From Ginglymostoma cirratum (Eukaryota): a DNA stretch of 60,947 bases. Below the pieces are notes generated by a model that was not told the origin of the DNA, made no database searches, and saw only the letters and a program-made list of their open reading frames with translations. This document shows positions 11,736-24,479 of this stretch, piece after piece; the first letter of the stretch is position 1; each line of letters starts with the position of its first letter. The stretch is taken from the NCBI GenBank assembly GCA_024137785.1, contig JAHRHZ010000056.1, positions 25,267,163 to 25,328,109 of the forward strand, written 5' to 3'. The translations under genes were made by a program, and so were the position numbers.

Positions 11736-12496
11736 ATGTAATTTAGACCATTGGCCAATCAAAGCTCAATTTGAATCATTATACTTAACAACTGTATAAT
11801 ACCTTTTTAATGTTGAAAAAAATATCCCAAGGCATTTTTAAATGGTTGGTTTGGAAAACTCTGGTAGTACCAATGGAACTTGGTGCTGTACCCTGTATTG
11901 AGCTTGGAATTTCAGCTGGGCATTTCTAGTTTAATGATGGCTGGCTGTAGGACTCTTGAACTGAAGTTTCTTCTGTTGTGCCTCTAGACCACGCCACAGT
12001 TCTGAAATGGCTCTAATCAAAGTCCCAATTGCATCCTTTTTTTTTGCCTCCGGTTTTGATACAATTGATAAAAGCGTGCTCCTCTAGTAGTTGCCCAGCT
12101 GGCACTGTCCTCGCCAACTTCCATTCTTAACTGTTTAATTGTAGTCAGAGAGTCTGCAATAACTTGTCTTCCTGCTTCTACGCTACTACCTCTTGATTCC
12201 ATCAATGATCTATCTTTTGCTCTTGCTCTTTCACGTCCATGTGTTGCCTCTTAGTGGTGAGATCTGAAGGCAAATCTGTATACCAAGGACACCTAACTGT
12301 ACCTTACTGTCTCTCGACTCCTCGCCTGTCTTTAAATTATTAGATTGCTTTAAATTATTACACAGTTAATACAGGATAGCCGAATGTTTTTGGTCCCAGC
12401 CATGATCTGTTCTCTAGCCACTGACTCAGGCTAAACCAGGTTGTTCAGAGCATGGTATATTTGACATCGAGATGATCATCTGACCACACACCCAAA

Positions 12497-13050
12497 TAGT
12501 CATACAGCATGCAAACAGGCACCTTGGTTCAATTTGTCTTTGTCAGCCAGGTTTCCCAAGGTAAACTATTCCCACTTGCCTGTGTTTGGTCAATGTACCT
12601 CTAAATCTTTCCTATTCATGTACATGTCCAAATGTCTTTGAAATGTTGTAACCTGTATCTACCATTTCGTCTAGCAGTTCATTCCTCATATGAACGACCT
12701 TCTGTGATTAAAAATGTTGCCCCTTGGGTCCCTTTTTAAATCATTCTCCTCTCACCTCGCTAGTTTTGAACTCCCTCACCCTAGGTAAAAGACCCTTTGC
12801 TAGTCATCCGTGCCCCTCGTGATTTTATAAACTTTTATAAGGTAGTCCCTCAACCTCCTATGCTCCAATGAAAAAAGTCCCAGCCTATCCAGCCTCTCTT
12901 TAGAATTCAAACTCTCCAGTCCTGGCAATATTCTGGTAAATCTTTTCTGAACCCCCTCCAATTTAGTAATCTCCTTCCTATAGCAGGGCAACCAGAATTG
13001 GACACTGTACTTCAAAAGTGGCCTCACCAATGCCCTGTACAACTTCAACA
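12497..13050 (-). mobile_element. CR1 LINE 3' fragment
   Basis: ORF 12800-13051 (LKLYRALVRPLL.YSVQFWLPCYRK..LGLFSLEHRRLR). Confidence 0.9.
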
Positions 13051-13224
13051 CGAAGACCGCCTATTGTCATGTATGTAACATTGTGCTTACCTTGGCTCTT
13101 CTAACTGCAGCAACCATCTGTGCCTTTGTTACCTCCCAATTTGACCAATATAATGCACCCTTGACCAGCTTCCCACAAACTACCCTCTTTGAACTTGAGA
13201 TAATTCAAACGTCCACTTAAAATA

Positions 13225-13415
13225 CAGTAAAAACAAAATACTGCAGCTGTCGGAAATCCTGAAATAAAACTGAAGTGTTGGCAAAACAGCAGGTTTGGCA
13301 GCATCTATGGAGAGAGAAAAACAGTTGACATTTCGCGTTGGAATCATATTCAACATGAAACATTAACTCGGTTTCCTTCTGTGCTGATGTTGCCAGACGT
13401 ACTGATTTTTCTCAA
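13225..13415. mobile_element. Old fold-back PLE-derived element (family B-like)
   Basis: GCAGGTTTGGCAGCATCT... followed by an inverted ...GATGTTGCCAGACGT segment. Confidence 0.55.
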
Positions 13416-13829
13416 TGCTTTACGTTCACCAGTCACCTCTGTGTTGCCTAACCTACATCAGTTCACAGTTGCCTCAATTTTAAAATTCTCATTCTTGTTT
13501 TCAAATCTCTTCATGGCCTCTCTCACCTCTCCCTATTTCTCATTTTATCCAGTCTCCAAAGCTCAGAGTTATTTACACTTACTTGACCATCCCTGATTTT
13601 AATCACTTGCATTCAGTCAACATGTTTAAAACTCGAATTCCATCCCTGAATTGCTCTGCTTTTCTATCTTGCCCTTCGTCTTTAAGGCACTCCTCACAAC
13701 CTACTGGTTTGACACTGTACTTTTAGTCAACTATTCCAGTGCCGCCTCATGTAACTTGCTGTTATATTTTGCTGCATAACACTGATTTGAAGTTTAATGC
13801 ATCTGAGGGCACTATACAAAGATGTGACT

Positions 13830-13910
13830 AGAAATCGCAGCTGGTCAGGCAGCGTCTACGGAGAGAAAGCAAGCTAACGTTTCGAGTCTAGATGACTCTT
13901 TATCAGAACT
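13830..13910 (-). mobile_element. PLE-derived mini-element with hammerhead motif variant
   Basis: Minus strand 13872-13910: AGTT-CTGATAA-A-GAGTC/ATCTA/GACTC-GAAA-CG-TT-AGCT (stem II compensatory change; G8 mutated). Confidence 0.65.
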
Positions 13911-14814
13911 GTTGTTGTGGTGCCTTAGTGATCTTTTTTGTGAGATTATAATGATTGAGCCTGATTATAGTGTGCATGTAGTGAACTGGTTAAGGAATAA
14001 ACAGTGGTCAGGACTCCAAGCTTCCTGCTCCATAAAATGTTTGAACAAAAAGTCTCCAATCACTTCTCATTTTCTTGCGATGGTTCCGCTGGACTTCTGC
14101 TAAGATTCTCTATACCTGGGGGAGGATATTTGATTATTCCAAGATATTTATTGTTATGAGAAAACAAAACTTGGTGAATTTTTGGTAGCAATGCACGTCA
14201 TTTTGAGTTGAAGTTTCACCTTTAAATAAAGTTAAACTGAGCTTGTATTTGCCATATTCCTTCTGACCTTTCTCCTAAAATTGTGTACTTGTGCACTGGT
14301 ATGATTTCATACATGCTGATGTGTCTAGAGAATGATGCAAGTGTTTTTATCTCTTTAATAGTATCATCATACCTGGGTCCATTTTTGACATTTTGCCATC
14401 TTCAAAGTATGTGTATGAGCTACAAAAAGTACTTTGCTCAGAAGCTGTGCACCTTTAACAATTGGAAAACAAGATGATAAGAACCATGTAGTTTGTAGAC
14501 TGTAGATCTCAGGCGCTATTAATGTCCTTCATTTTGGTGAAAGACATATACTGTAGTGTCTGAGTTGTACTTGCGGTCTGGTCAACTTTTATACTAAAAT
14601 GCAAATTTGTTTCTGACTGCATTTCACATTTGCATACTATTTTACACATGGGCAACAAGTGCTGGCTTTGCAAGTGATGCTCTCATTCCATGTAAGAATA
14701 AGAAAAATTATGTATGTGTATGAATCTGATCATTTTGTTATTTTATCTCAAGTCCCAAAACACTCCGGTTTTCTGACTACATGCACCCTAGAGCTTTCTT
14801 CTGGAGTGTTTAGA

Positions 14815-15310
14815 CTTTTCTTAGTTACACATGAGGCCTGGGCATTGCTGGCTGGCTAGCATTCAACCTGCCCATGAGAAGATAGTCGTCAGCTGCCTCC
14901 TTGAACTGCTGCAGCCAAATGCTGTTGGTTTATGCACAATGCTGTTAGGGAGAGAATTTCAAGAAATTGAGCCAGTGACAGTGTAGGGATGGCGATATAT
15001 CTCCAAGTCAGGATGGTCAGTGGCTTAGAGGGGAACTTGCAGGTGGTGGTGTTCTCGTATATCTGTTGTACGTGTCCTTCAAGATGGAAGTAGTTATGGG
15101 GTTGTAGATTTGGAAGGTGCAATCTAAGGATCTTTGGTGAATTTCTGCAGTGAATCTTGTAGATAGTACACACTATTGTTACTGAGCGTCGGTGGTGGAT
15201 GGTTTGGGTCTGTTGCCAATAAAGGGAGCTGCTTTGTCCTGGATGGTGGCAAGCTTCTTGTGTTGCTGGAGCTGCATTCATCCAGGCAAATGGAGAGTAT
15301 TCTGTCATGT
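14815..15310 (-). mobile_element. RTE-X/CR1-group-like LINE 3' fragment
   Basis: ORF 14889-15308 (EYSPFAWMNAAP..HHRRSV..CTIYKIHC). Same family as 32490-33540 and 36830-38140. Confidence 0.75.
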
Positions 15311-15364
15311 TTCCTGGATGTTTAAATTCATTGACTGCTGCTTCCTTTCATAAAGGATTTTTTT

Positions 15365-15695
15365 ACTATTCATTAACAGGATGAGGGCGTCGCTGGCTAG
15401 TCAGCATTTATTGCCCATCCCTATTTGGCCAGAGGGCAGTTCAAAGTCAACTGCATTGCTGTTGAGTCATATGTAGGCCGGACGAGTTAAGGATGGTAGT
15501 TTCCTCCCATAAAAGGACGTTAGTGAACCAGATGGGTTTTTTTTTTGACAATCGGCAATGGATTCATAGTCGTCATTAGGTTCTGAATTCCAGATTTTTT
15601 AAAATGAATTCAAATTTCACCATCTGCCGTGATGGGACTTGAACCTGGGTCCCTGGATTAATAGTCCAGCGATAATACCACTAGGCCATTGCCTT
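15365..15695 (-). mobile_element. tRNA-headed SINE with tail shared with the RTE-X-like LINE
   Basis: Minus strand begins TGGCCTAGTGG (A box) ... GGTTCAAGTCCC (B box) and ends GGGATGGGCAATAAATGCTG..GCCAGCGACGCCC..ATCC..ATGAAT. Confidence 0.8.
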
Positions 15696-15729
15696 ATTCA
15701 CGATGAGGGTGAGAGTGGGGTGCGTAATT

Positions 15730-16890
15730 ATAGAGTAGTAGAGATCTATAGCACAGAAAAGGTCCTTTGGCTCATGTCCATGCCAGTCCAAAAACAACAA
15801 TCTACCTATTCTAATCCCATTTTCCAGTACTTGGACAATAGCGTTGTATGCTTTAGCATCACAAATACACATCTAAATACTACTTTAATGCCTTGACAGT
15901 TTCTATGTCTACCACTCTTACAGGCAGAGTTCTAAATTTCCCACACCACCACCCAAGGGTGAAAATGTTTTTCCTCACCTTCAAGGGGAAAAGTTTCTTC
16001 CTGTCCACCCTATGTCCCTCTGCTCTCAGGAAAACACCACCAGTCAGTCCAATCTCCCTTTATGACTGAACCTCTGCCAGGCTATAGCCTGGTAAGTCTC
16101 CTCTGCACCCTCACGTCCCCCCTATAATGGGGAGATGCACACAATACTCTAGCTTTGACCAAACAAATGTTGTACGTATTTCTCCTTAAACCCTCTTCTT
16201 TCAACTAATAAGGGTGAGTATCCCATATGCCACCTTAACCACTCTATCCACCTGCCCTAATAGCCTAAGGGACTGATGTATGCGCATCCCAACGTTCCCC
16301 TGATCCTTGGTGCTTCCTAGGGTCCCACCATCCTTCATGTATTCCCTTGCCTTGTTTGTCCCGCAGAATTGCGCCTCCTCCCATTCATATTTTTTCTAAT
16401 CAACCTATTCAGAGATGTTATTACATACCTCCTGGAGCAGGTGGGACTTGAACCTGGACCTTCTGATCCAGGGGTAGGGACACTTGCATAACGCCACACA
16501 ACCTCTCATTTATCTGGATTGAATTTCATTTGCCCCAGATCAGACCATCTGACTAGCTTGTTTATATCCTCTCATAGTCGAAGGTCATCCTCCTCGCTAT
16601 TTATCACCCTCCCAGTTTTTGGAGAATTTGCAAACTTCCTGATTAACCCTTCTACATTCAAATCTGAATCACACAAACAGCAAGGGCCTGCAACAATGAA
16701 CTCTGTGGGGCCCCTCTGGATACAGACTTCCAACTGGAAAAACACCCCTCACTTTCTGCATGTTGAGGATCCAATTTGCCAGATTTCCTTGAATCACATG
16801 GGCACTTATCTTTTACTATCTGTCTCCAATGTAGGGCCTTATCAAAAGCCTTGAAGTCCAAGTGAACTAAATACGCCTAGTCACCTCTTC
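15730..16890 (-). mobile_element. CR1 LINE fragment (RT + 3' UTR), with tRNA-like SINE inserted at 16392-16505
   Basis: ORF 16658-16861 (DFKAFDKA..WKSVSRGAPQ) and CR1 3' UTR. Confidence 0.8.
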
Positions 16891-17104
16891 AAAAAATTCA
16901 GTTAGGTTCAATTATGGTGTAGAAATCTTATTAATCACTGCTAATGAAAGCAGATTCTACTGTAACTTTGTATAGGTCATTTGGCATACTATGCAGGGTC
17001 AAAACTGGATGTAGTACTGAATTGGATGACTCTTTCAAAGAATCGGCATCAGCACAATGGACCAGATGACCACCTCCTGTGGTTCAAGTTTCTATTCTAA
17101 GTGT

Positions 17105-17447
17105 TTTCGTAGAATTGTTACGGTATGGAAACAGGCCATTCGGCTCCACAAGTCCACACCGTCCATCTGAAGAGCATCCCACCCAGACCCATTCCCCTAC
17201 CCCTGTATTTCCCATGTCTAACCCATCCAACCTAAACATCCTCGGGCACTACGGGCAATTTAGCACGGCCAATCCACCTACCCTGCGCGTCTTTGGACTG
17301 TGGGAGGAAACCGGAGCACCCAGAGGAAACCCACACAGACACGGGGAGAACATGTAAACTCCACACAGATAGTTGCCCAAGGGTGGAATTGAACCTGGGT
17401 CCCGGTACTGTAAGGCTGCAGTGCTAACCACTGAGTCACTGTGCCCC
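17105..17447 (-). mobile_element. HE1-type V-SINE (elasmobranch), near full length
   Basis: tRNA head GGCACAGTGACTCAGTGGTTAGCACTG..GGTTCAATTCC, V-domain GGAGTTT.CATGTTCTCCCCGTGTCTGTGTGGGTTTCCTC, CR1-like tail GGCCTGTTTCC. Confidence 0.85.
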
Positions 17448-17549
17448 CCACCCCCGATTGTTTGTTTAAAAGTGTATTTGTTTGTAAGTGTAGTTCAGTC
17501 GCATTCAGAAATGAAGAAGATCATATGGCAGGTAGTTAACATTTGAAAA

Positions 17550-18158
17550 GAGATAGTAGGAACTGCAGATGCTGGAGAATCTGAGATAACAAGGTGTAGA
17601 GCTGGATGGACACAGCAGGCCAAGCAGCATCAGAGGAGCAGGAAGGCTGACGCTTCGGGCCTAGACCCTTGNNNNNNNNNNNNNNNNNNNNNNNNNNNNN
17701 NNNNNNNNNNNNNNNNNNNNNNNNNNNNNNNNNNNNNNNNNNNNNNNNNNNNNNNNNNNNNNNNNNNNNNNNNNNNNNNNNNNNNNNNNNNNNNNNNNNN
17801 NNNNNNNNNNNNNNNNNNNNNNNNNNNNNNNNNNNNNNNNNNNNNNNNNNNNNNNNNNNNNNNNNNNNNNNNNNNNNNNNNNNNNNNNNNNNNNNNNNNN
17901 NNNNNNNNNNNNNNNNNNNNNNNNNNNNNNNNNNNNNNNNNNNNNNNNNNNNNNNNNNNNNNNNNNNNNNNNNNNNNNNNNNNNNNNNNNNNNNNNNNNN
18001 NNNNNNNNNNNNNNNNNNNNNNNNNNNNNNNNNNNNNNNNNNNNNNNNNNNNNNNNNNNNNNNNNNNNNNNCAAGGGTCTAGGCCCGAAGCGTCAGCCTT
18101 CCTGCTCCTCTGATGCTGCTTGGCCTGCTGTGTCCATCCAGCTCTACACCTTGTTATC
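17550..18158. mobile_element. Fold-back PLE family A insertion spanning the assembly gap
   Basis: Perfect 88-bp inverted repeat (17584-17671 / 18072-18159). TSD TAACAT(T)TGAAAA at 17537-17549 and 18159-18170. Confidence 0.8.
17672..18071. other. Assembly gap (400 N)
   Basis: Run of N. Confidence 1.
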
Positions 18159-18362
18159 TAACATTGAAAAAAATTGTTTTTCACTTGAAGTCTCTGATAA
18201 TGTAATGATTTCGTTTTGAATCCATAACTTCTGCTATCAGGTAATCACCCCATTGTCAGCAACATACTTTCCTCCTGCATTTGTAGGCCTAGAGTTCATA
18301 CTTAAACCCACACCTATCTGAATTCAGCAATTTCTGACAAGTTGCCTTAAGATTTGAACATT

Positions 18363-18625
18363 AGGGAGGCGATGGTTTAATGATCATTTTACTGGACTAG
18401 CAGTCCAGAGGCCTCGGCACATAGGTTCAAATGCTGCCACGGCAACTGATGGAATGTAAAATGAATTAATGAATCTGGAGTATAAAACTCAGTCTGGCCT
18501 ACAAGATTCTAGACCCATGAGAATGTGGTTTACTTTCACCTGCCTCAGTAGTGGCCTAGCAAAGCCAGTCAATTCAAAAGCAAATAGGGTAGGCAAAAAG
18601 TGCTGATCTTGCTGGTACAGTGCCA
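18363..18625 (+). mobile_element. tRNA-headed SINE (same family as 15365-15695), internally deleted
   Basis: GGACTAGCAGTCCAGAG..GGTTCAAAT head and GGGTAGGCAAAAAGTGCTG tail. Confidence 0.7.
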
Positions 18626-18639
18626 GGGATTTGGGTTTG

Positions 18640-18920
18640 TTTGCAGCCTTAGGTGACTGTCTGCGTGGAATTTGCACATTCTCCTTGTGTCTGCGTTGGT
18701 TTGTTCTGGGTGCTGTGGGTTCCTCCACATTAGGTGGATTGGCGATGATGAATTGCCCCATAGTGTCCAGGGATGTGCATGCTAGGTGAATTAGCCGTGG
18801 TTAATGTGGAGTTTTGGTAATAGGGGTAGAAGTTTGGGTCTGGGTGGGAAGATCTGCGGAGGGTCAGTGCAGGCTAAATGGCCTCCTGTGGCCTCTGTCT
18901 ACACTGTTGGGATTCTGTGA
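18640..18920 (+). mobile_element. HE1-type V-SINE, 5'-truncated
   Basis: V-domain GTGGAATTTGCACATTCTCC.TGTGTCTGCGT and HE1-like body/tail. Confidence 0.75.
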
Positions 18921-20384
18921 TCCTACAACATCCACATCCTGTGAAAGAATAATGAAAAACATAAAATGGATCCATAAATGCCTTTGGAAGAAGTTTTGGG
19001 ACGTACTATAGTACTCTTTTACTAGCTTCTTTTATATCATTTTATTCTACGTATGAATTTTAATTAATATATCAATACCACAATGGCCCACTTAACTTCA
19101 GCAACCTGCTATAAATGCTTTTACTTGCAATTGTTTACTGTAACAGCTTTCTCATCTGTAGCAGGGGCTGCATGCCCAATATCATATAAAAATTTTCCCA
19201 AATTGAAATGGATGGTGGCTGATAGCCATATATTCAGTGAGGAGTGTTAGAAGATGTCAACGAATTATATTGCATATCTTGATTGTGTTGCCACCTGTGC
19301 TGTAGAAATGCATGTGAACTGTTGACAAATACATGTTAACCTGGAACATGTAGACAGGCTGCATTGGGAACCATTTGGCATCAACCATTGCATGCTGTAG
19401 TTGATTTCTTTTCTTAAGTTTGATCAGTGTGCGTCTGGGACAAGGTCCTGGAGGTACTGTCGCCATGATTCTTCCTGGTTATCTCCTTTGTACCAAACAG
19501 GGCAAAACTTCTCATGTCTTCCTTATTGAGTAGCATAAAAGCTGAAAATTATGTAAATACTCAGCAGGTCAGGTGGAACCTGTGGCGAGGAAAGCAGAGT
19601 GAGTTTTCCAGGTCGTTCAATTGTTGATCTGATAAAGTGTATTCGAACTTAAAAATTGGCTTTGATTTTACATAGCCTCATGGGGCGCTGAAGGTGGGAA
19701 GGAGAGGATGAAGAATTGGGTGAGGTGACAGGGTTCGTATACTTATTGCCTTCCTCCTTTTAATGACAGGAAAAGTGGTAGATCCCTCCCACTTGAGTAG
19801 CACTCATGGGACTAAACAGCTGCTGGGTCTCCAATTAGTATGTGGACCCTTGTCACTTGAACCCCACGTGAAGGCAATTAATTACCTAATGCTTAAGTTT
19901 ATTCAGATCTTGATGATTTTGCTTGTGACTGTCCACTGTGGATGAAGCTACTGCTGCTCTGAAAAATGGCCATGAAATTCTCCCAAATACCTTAAGTATT
20001 TTCAGCATCTGCATTGCTTTGTTCCTTACTTAATATTCACTTTGCTGTCAAATATGGGATCTGGGCAACTTTGTAATTTTCCAACAAACTCTGTTGCCTG
20101 TGCAGTGCATTATTCATCTTTTCAACTTCATCCATTAATTTTCTCCAGCTCCAAGCAGCCTGTTGATGTGAGCATTTTGAGCCTTGTAAACAAAATTGCT
20201 GCAATTTTAGCTGTCTGTGTGCGGTCACTCACAATGAATGTTTGCATGCTATGGATTTACTCATCACAATTCATTTGAGTGACTGCACAGGAATTACCCA
20301 ATGCTTAAAAGCATTTGTAAATGAATAATAATTGAACTTAATAGGTATGAAATCAGCTCTGCTCTCCAGCGGTTCAAGAGTACT

Positions 20385-21083
20385 TGCAGGCGAGCTGGCC
20401 TACACCAAGTCAACCCAAGATGCAACACCTGCCCACACACCAACTCCTTCACCTCCATCCAGGGCCCTGAACAGTCCTTCCAGGTGAGACAGAACTTCAC
20501 CTGCATCTCCTCCAATCTAGTCCACTGCATCCAGTGCTCCCAATGTGGTCTTCTCCATGTCTGTGACCGTTTTGCTGAGCATCTTTGCCTGGCCTGTAAC
20601 GGCCAGCCTAACCTCCCGGCCTTCGCCTATTTCAAGTACCCTCCAACTTACCCTCCAACGTGTCCGTCCTTGGCCTCCTCCAGTGTTGCAGTGATTCAGA
20701 ACGCTAATTTGAGAAACAACACCTTATCTTCCACCTGGGCACTCTACTGCCCGGAGGGCACAACATTGAGTTCTCCAATTTCAAATAACCTTCCCACTCA
20801 TCCCCTGGCTCCCTTTCCAGCCCCACTTCCTCCCATCCGTTCCACCCACTGATCCTCCCTTCCAGCTACTAACTGGATTCATCCCTCCCATTGACCAACC
20901 AGGTTGTACCTATGACCAGTGTCCACCAATCACCAACATTCCACTGCCCCCCTCCTTTATCTTCAGCTCCCCCTAACTCCACATCCAGCCCTGAAGAAGG
21001 GTAAGATCCGAAACGTCTTCTCCTTTCCTCCAGATACTGCCTGACTTGCTGTGTTCTTCCAACCTCCTGTTTGTCTACCTTGG
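20385..21083 (+). mobile_element. Penelope-like element 3' fragment (GIY-YIG region + pLTR with hammerhead motif at 20991-21017)
   Basis: ORF 20484-20852 (FTCISSNLVHCIQCSQCGLL..RFAEHL) is homologous to 24748-25209. Terminal CTGAAGA-A-GGGT/AAG/ATCC-GAAACGTC. Confidence 0.8.
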
Positions 21084-22149
21084 AAGTCTTTGCTCAGAAC
21101 TGATCTAATTCGTAATTAAAATTGTATCTACTTGTGCTGCAATATTTGCTTTCATATGTGTGAAATCTGATTTTCACGTCACTAGCCCAGTGGCCCAGCC
21201 CTTTATTTAAATGGATTGGCCTCTTGCCTCTTTGACAGTGGTATTGCCAAAGTGTATAATCATTGGAAACATAACTTAGGCACCATAAGGCGTCTCTTGA
21301 CATCATTTAAAATTCTGCTGCCCGTGTTTCCATGTCCTTGATCACCTACGTGGACTCTGGAACAAACAATGCCTTCCAATCCTTTATACCTCCTTTCCTC
21401 TGTGATCTCTTCCAACCCCATAAATCTTCAAAATGTCTGTGTCAACCTACCCAGCAATTTTATTTGGAAGGCACAGATGATTCGTTTAAATCTGTGGTCT
21501 CGTTAATTTTCTTTTTGGTTGGGCTGACCACGACATGACCTGTGCAGCAGTGTTTGGGTACCTGTGCGGTTATGTGGATTAGTGGAAGCATTGATCTATT
21601 GCCATCTAATCCTAACCTCTTGAGCTCCCCCCATTTTAATTGCACTAACTTTGTGGCAACTCTTTAGCTATGTAGGCTCAAACATCCAGCATTCCCTCTG
21701 TAACCTCTGCATCTCTTTACGTTTTTTTTTCTCCTTTTAAGGCTTGGGTCATCAGTCCAAATACCACCACCTGTGGTTTGTTGTCAAATCTTGTTTAATC
21801 ATGCCCCCTGAAATATTTGTCTTTAACCTAAACTAAGTTCCATCTGTAAATACAAATTACATACTACACTTTGTACGACAATGTAGGTCTATCCAATTGT
21901 CTGACTTGCGTAGATATAATTCAGTGAAAAGGACGTGATTGTTTGTTGGTCGTCATTGGCATAGAGTCATAGTCGTAAAGTCCTATAGCAGAAACAGACC
22001 CATCGGTCTAATGGTGGGGGGCTGTTTCGATGCTGTATTACTCTATGAAAACAACTAGATAGACTCAAAGGGCTGATTTCATCTTAAGGTATTCAACACA
22101 TATTCAAGGTTTCATCGCTTATGTTGCAGGAATAATGATTTTCCACTTA

Positions 22150-22490
22150 ATGGGGTGGACGCTGAGTCAATGCTCCCTTTTGTGGGGGTGCTTAGAACTA
22201 GTGGACACAGTCTAAAAATGAGGAGTTCCCCATTTAGAACTTGCATAAGAATTTTTTCTCTGAGGTTCATGGAATTCTGTTCCCTAGAAAGCAGTGGAGT
22301 TAGGTCATCTGAGTTAGATATATTTTTGATCAGTAAAGGAGTCGAGAGAGATCGGTGAGCAGATGGGATAGTGAAGGTGAAGCCATTGTTAGATCAGCCA
22401 TGATCTTATCAAATGGAGGAGCAGGCTGAAAGTCTGAGGGACTGAATGGCCTATTCCTGCCATTGGCCTGCCCCTAAATCTTGTGTTTTT
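22150..22490 (+). mobile_element. CR1 LINE 3' end
   Basis: RTSGHSLK motif and CR1 3' UTR (AGATCAGCCATGATCTT..GAATGGCCTATTCCTG). Confidence 0.8.
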
Positions 22491-22586
22491 CTATTGACAG
22501 GTTTGAGAATTTGTTTCTGACGGGCTGAGACCATAACTTCCCTAGGAAATCTTGATGCATTTTCTAACCGTTTGTGTTTTTCTCGC

Positions 22587-22684
22587 GAAAACAGACGTTG
22601 CTGGAAAAGCTTAGCAAGTCTGGCAGCATCTGTGAAGAAAAATCAGTGTTAAAGTTTCGGGTCCGGTGACCCTCCCTCAGAACT
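22587..22684 (-). mobile_element. PLE-derived mini-element family B
   Basis: Near copy of 1138-1235 with the same boundary at CAGAACT. Core A9 mutated. Confidence 0.75.
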
Positions 22685-23163
22685 GTCTTTCTTTCTTAGT
22701 TCCCACGTTATCCTGTGAGTTTCAATGACAAAAAAAAATCTGTTGTCCTACTTTTGATAAGCTAAATATTACCAATTACCAAGGCTAGGTGCCAATGAGA
22801 TGCATAATTTAGAAATAGAGTGTATGAAGAACATACACGTATTTATCTCATACCTTTTTAGATGAGTGTAAATGCAAGGATAACAAAGGGAAGAACTAGA
22901 ATTAATGTAACATCTTACCCAACAGGATGACAAAAAGTCGTCTTCTTAAATAATAAATCGTTATTGAAATGTGGGCAAAGGTGGCATTGCAGTTCCTACA
23001 CACAGCAATTCAATGACTAGTTTTGCTGCTTTCAGTGTTAATTGAGGGAGGAATGTGTGGAATACTGGAAAAATGAAAAGTTTGCTAACATAAATCAGCA
23101 CCCGCAGCAACTTGGTTTTAAATTTCTTAGCCGTTTTCAGAGCAACTGGAGAGCAGGCTGTAC

Positions 23164-23273
23164 TAGTTCAGCCGTCAGTTCGGCCCTGGACCCGAAACAT
23201 TAACTCTGATTTTTTTCTTCACCGATGCTGCCAGACCTGCTGAGCTTTTCCAGTACCTTCTGTTTTTGTTCCT
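23164..23273 (+). mobile_element. PLE-derived mini-element family B, 5'-truncated within stem II, 13-bp TSD
   Basis: GAGCAGGCTGTAC at 23151-23163 and 23274-23286. Confidence 0.8.
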
Positions 23274-23849
23274 GAGCAGGCTGTACCAGACCTGGCTTGT
23301 GCCCTAGTGTTTGCGCCCCTACCATTGGATCAGGTTTCAAGTCCCACCTACTCCAGAGGTGGATCATAATATCCCTGACCAGACTGATTTTAAGCAAAAG
23401 CTCTAATGGACCTGGTTTTGATGAATGAGATAGGATTAATAACTGACCTCATAGTGAAGGTTCTTCATTGGCGGCAGTGACTATAAAAATCTGATGTGAA
23501 TTTTACATACAGTTTATGGGAGAGGAATATGAGTCCGAGGTTATTATTTTGAATTTATACATGGGCAATTATGAAGGCATGAAAGCAGTGCTAGCAAAAG
23601 TGAACCAGCAGCTTAGGTTAAAAGGGTACTAGAGATGGCACTCAACACATCTTCAAATGGTTGAAGTTTCTGAGCAATAATATGCTGTCTCAAGGCCTGA
23701 TGCTGGTCATCTTCATGATCTGGCAGGGCCTGCACTCAAACTATTTCATGCATTTCTCTGGTTAAACCAGCCTCAGTCATCTCCCTTTGACAGAGGGATT
23801 GTACAGTCCAGTAAGACAATGACTTTACCTTTGTTACTGGACTAATACC

Positions 23850-24270
23850 TAGAATGAGCTGCTTGCCAAATGAGGAAAGGTTAGACAGGGTAGACCTGTC
23901 TCTTCTGGAGTTTAAAGAGTGAGAGATGACTTAATTGAAACATACAAGATCCTGAAAGGATATTTCATCTTGTGGGAGAATCTGAAGTTGGAGGTAATAG
24001 TTTAAAAATGTTGTCCGTTTAAGACAGAAATGAGGAAACCTTTTATTTTCTGATGGCATTTGTGTGAATCTTTGGAATTTCTTTCTTCAGAAGGCAGCGG
24101 ATGCAGAATCTTTAAATATTTTTAAGGCAGAGGTAGATAAACTCTTGATTACCAAGGGGCTGAAAGATTTTCAGGGATGCGCAGGAATGTAAATTTGAAA
24201 TCAGATCAGCCCTGATCTTATTAAATAATGGAGCAGGCTTGAAGGCTGTGTGGTCTGCTCTTGTTTTTGT
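23850..24270 (+). mobile_element. CR1 LINE 3' fragment
   Basis: GATGACTTAATTGAAACATACAAGATCCTG (DDLIETYKIL) and CR1 3' UTR. Confidence 0.85.
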
Positions 24271-24479
24271 TTGTATGATTATAGAAATCTCCTTGGTCTT
24301 GTTTCTCTCTATCTTTGACGTCTTCATTTCTACAACATTCTAAAATAACTGCACACTCCAAATTCTTGACTCTTGAACATTCCTGATTTTATTTGCCCTG
24401 TATAACTGAAGCATAACCTCCCTGCTGTTAAGTTCAATTCCCCTCCCAAGTAAAGAAAGCAGTTGCTATTAGCTTTCAG

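Larger units (their letters stand above)
12260..13830 (+). mobile_element. Fragmented L2-like LINE (RT C-terminus to 3' end), split by CR1 (12497-13050) and a PLE hairpin (13225-13415)
   Basis: Decayed YxxDT.LYL-type RT motif near 12280. L2-type 3' region at 13425-13830. Confidence 0.5.

Noticed and set aside
17375-17447. tRNA gene (also 15620-15695, 43795-43865)
   Set aside because: These are tRNA-derived SINE heads continuing into SINE bodies; no complete cloverleaf.
17661-18082. Two 137-aa ORFs
   Set aside because: Artefacts of translating the N gap.
19050-20300. Protein-like reading fragments on the minus strand (possible decayed pseudogene or transposase)
   Set aside because: Multiple stops and no motif I can recognise. 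A BLASTX hit would be needed before making any claim.
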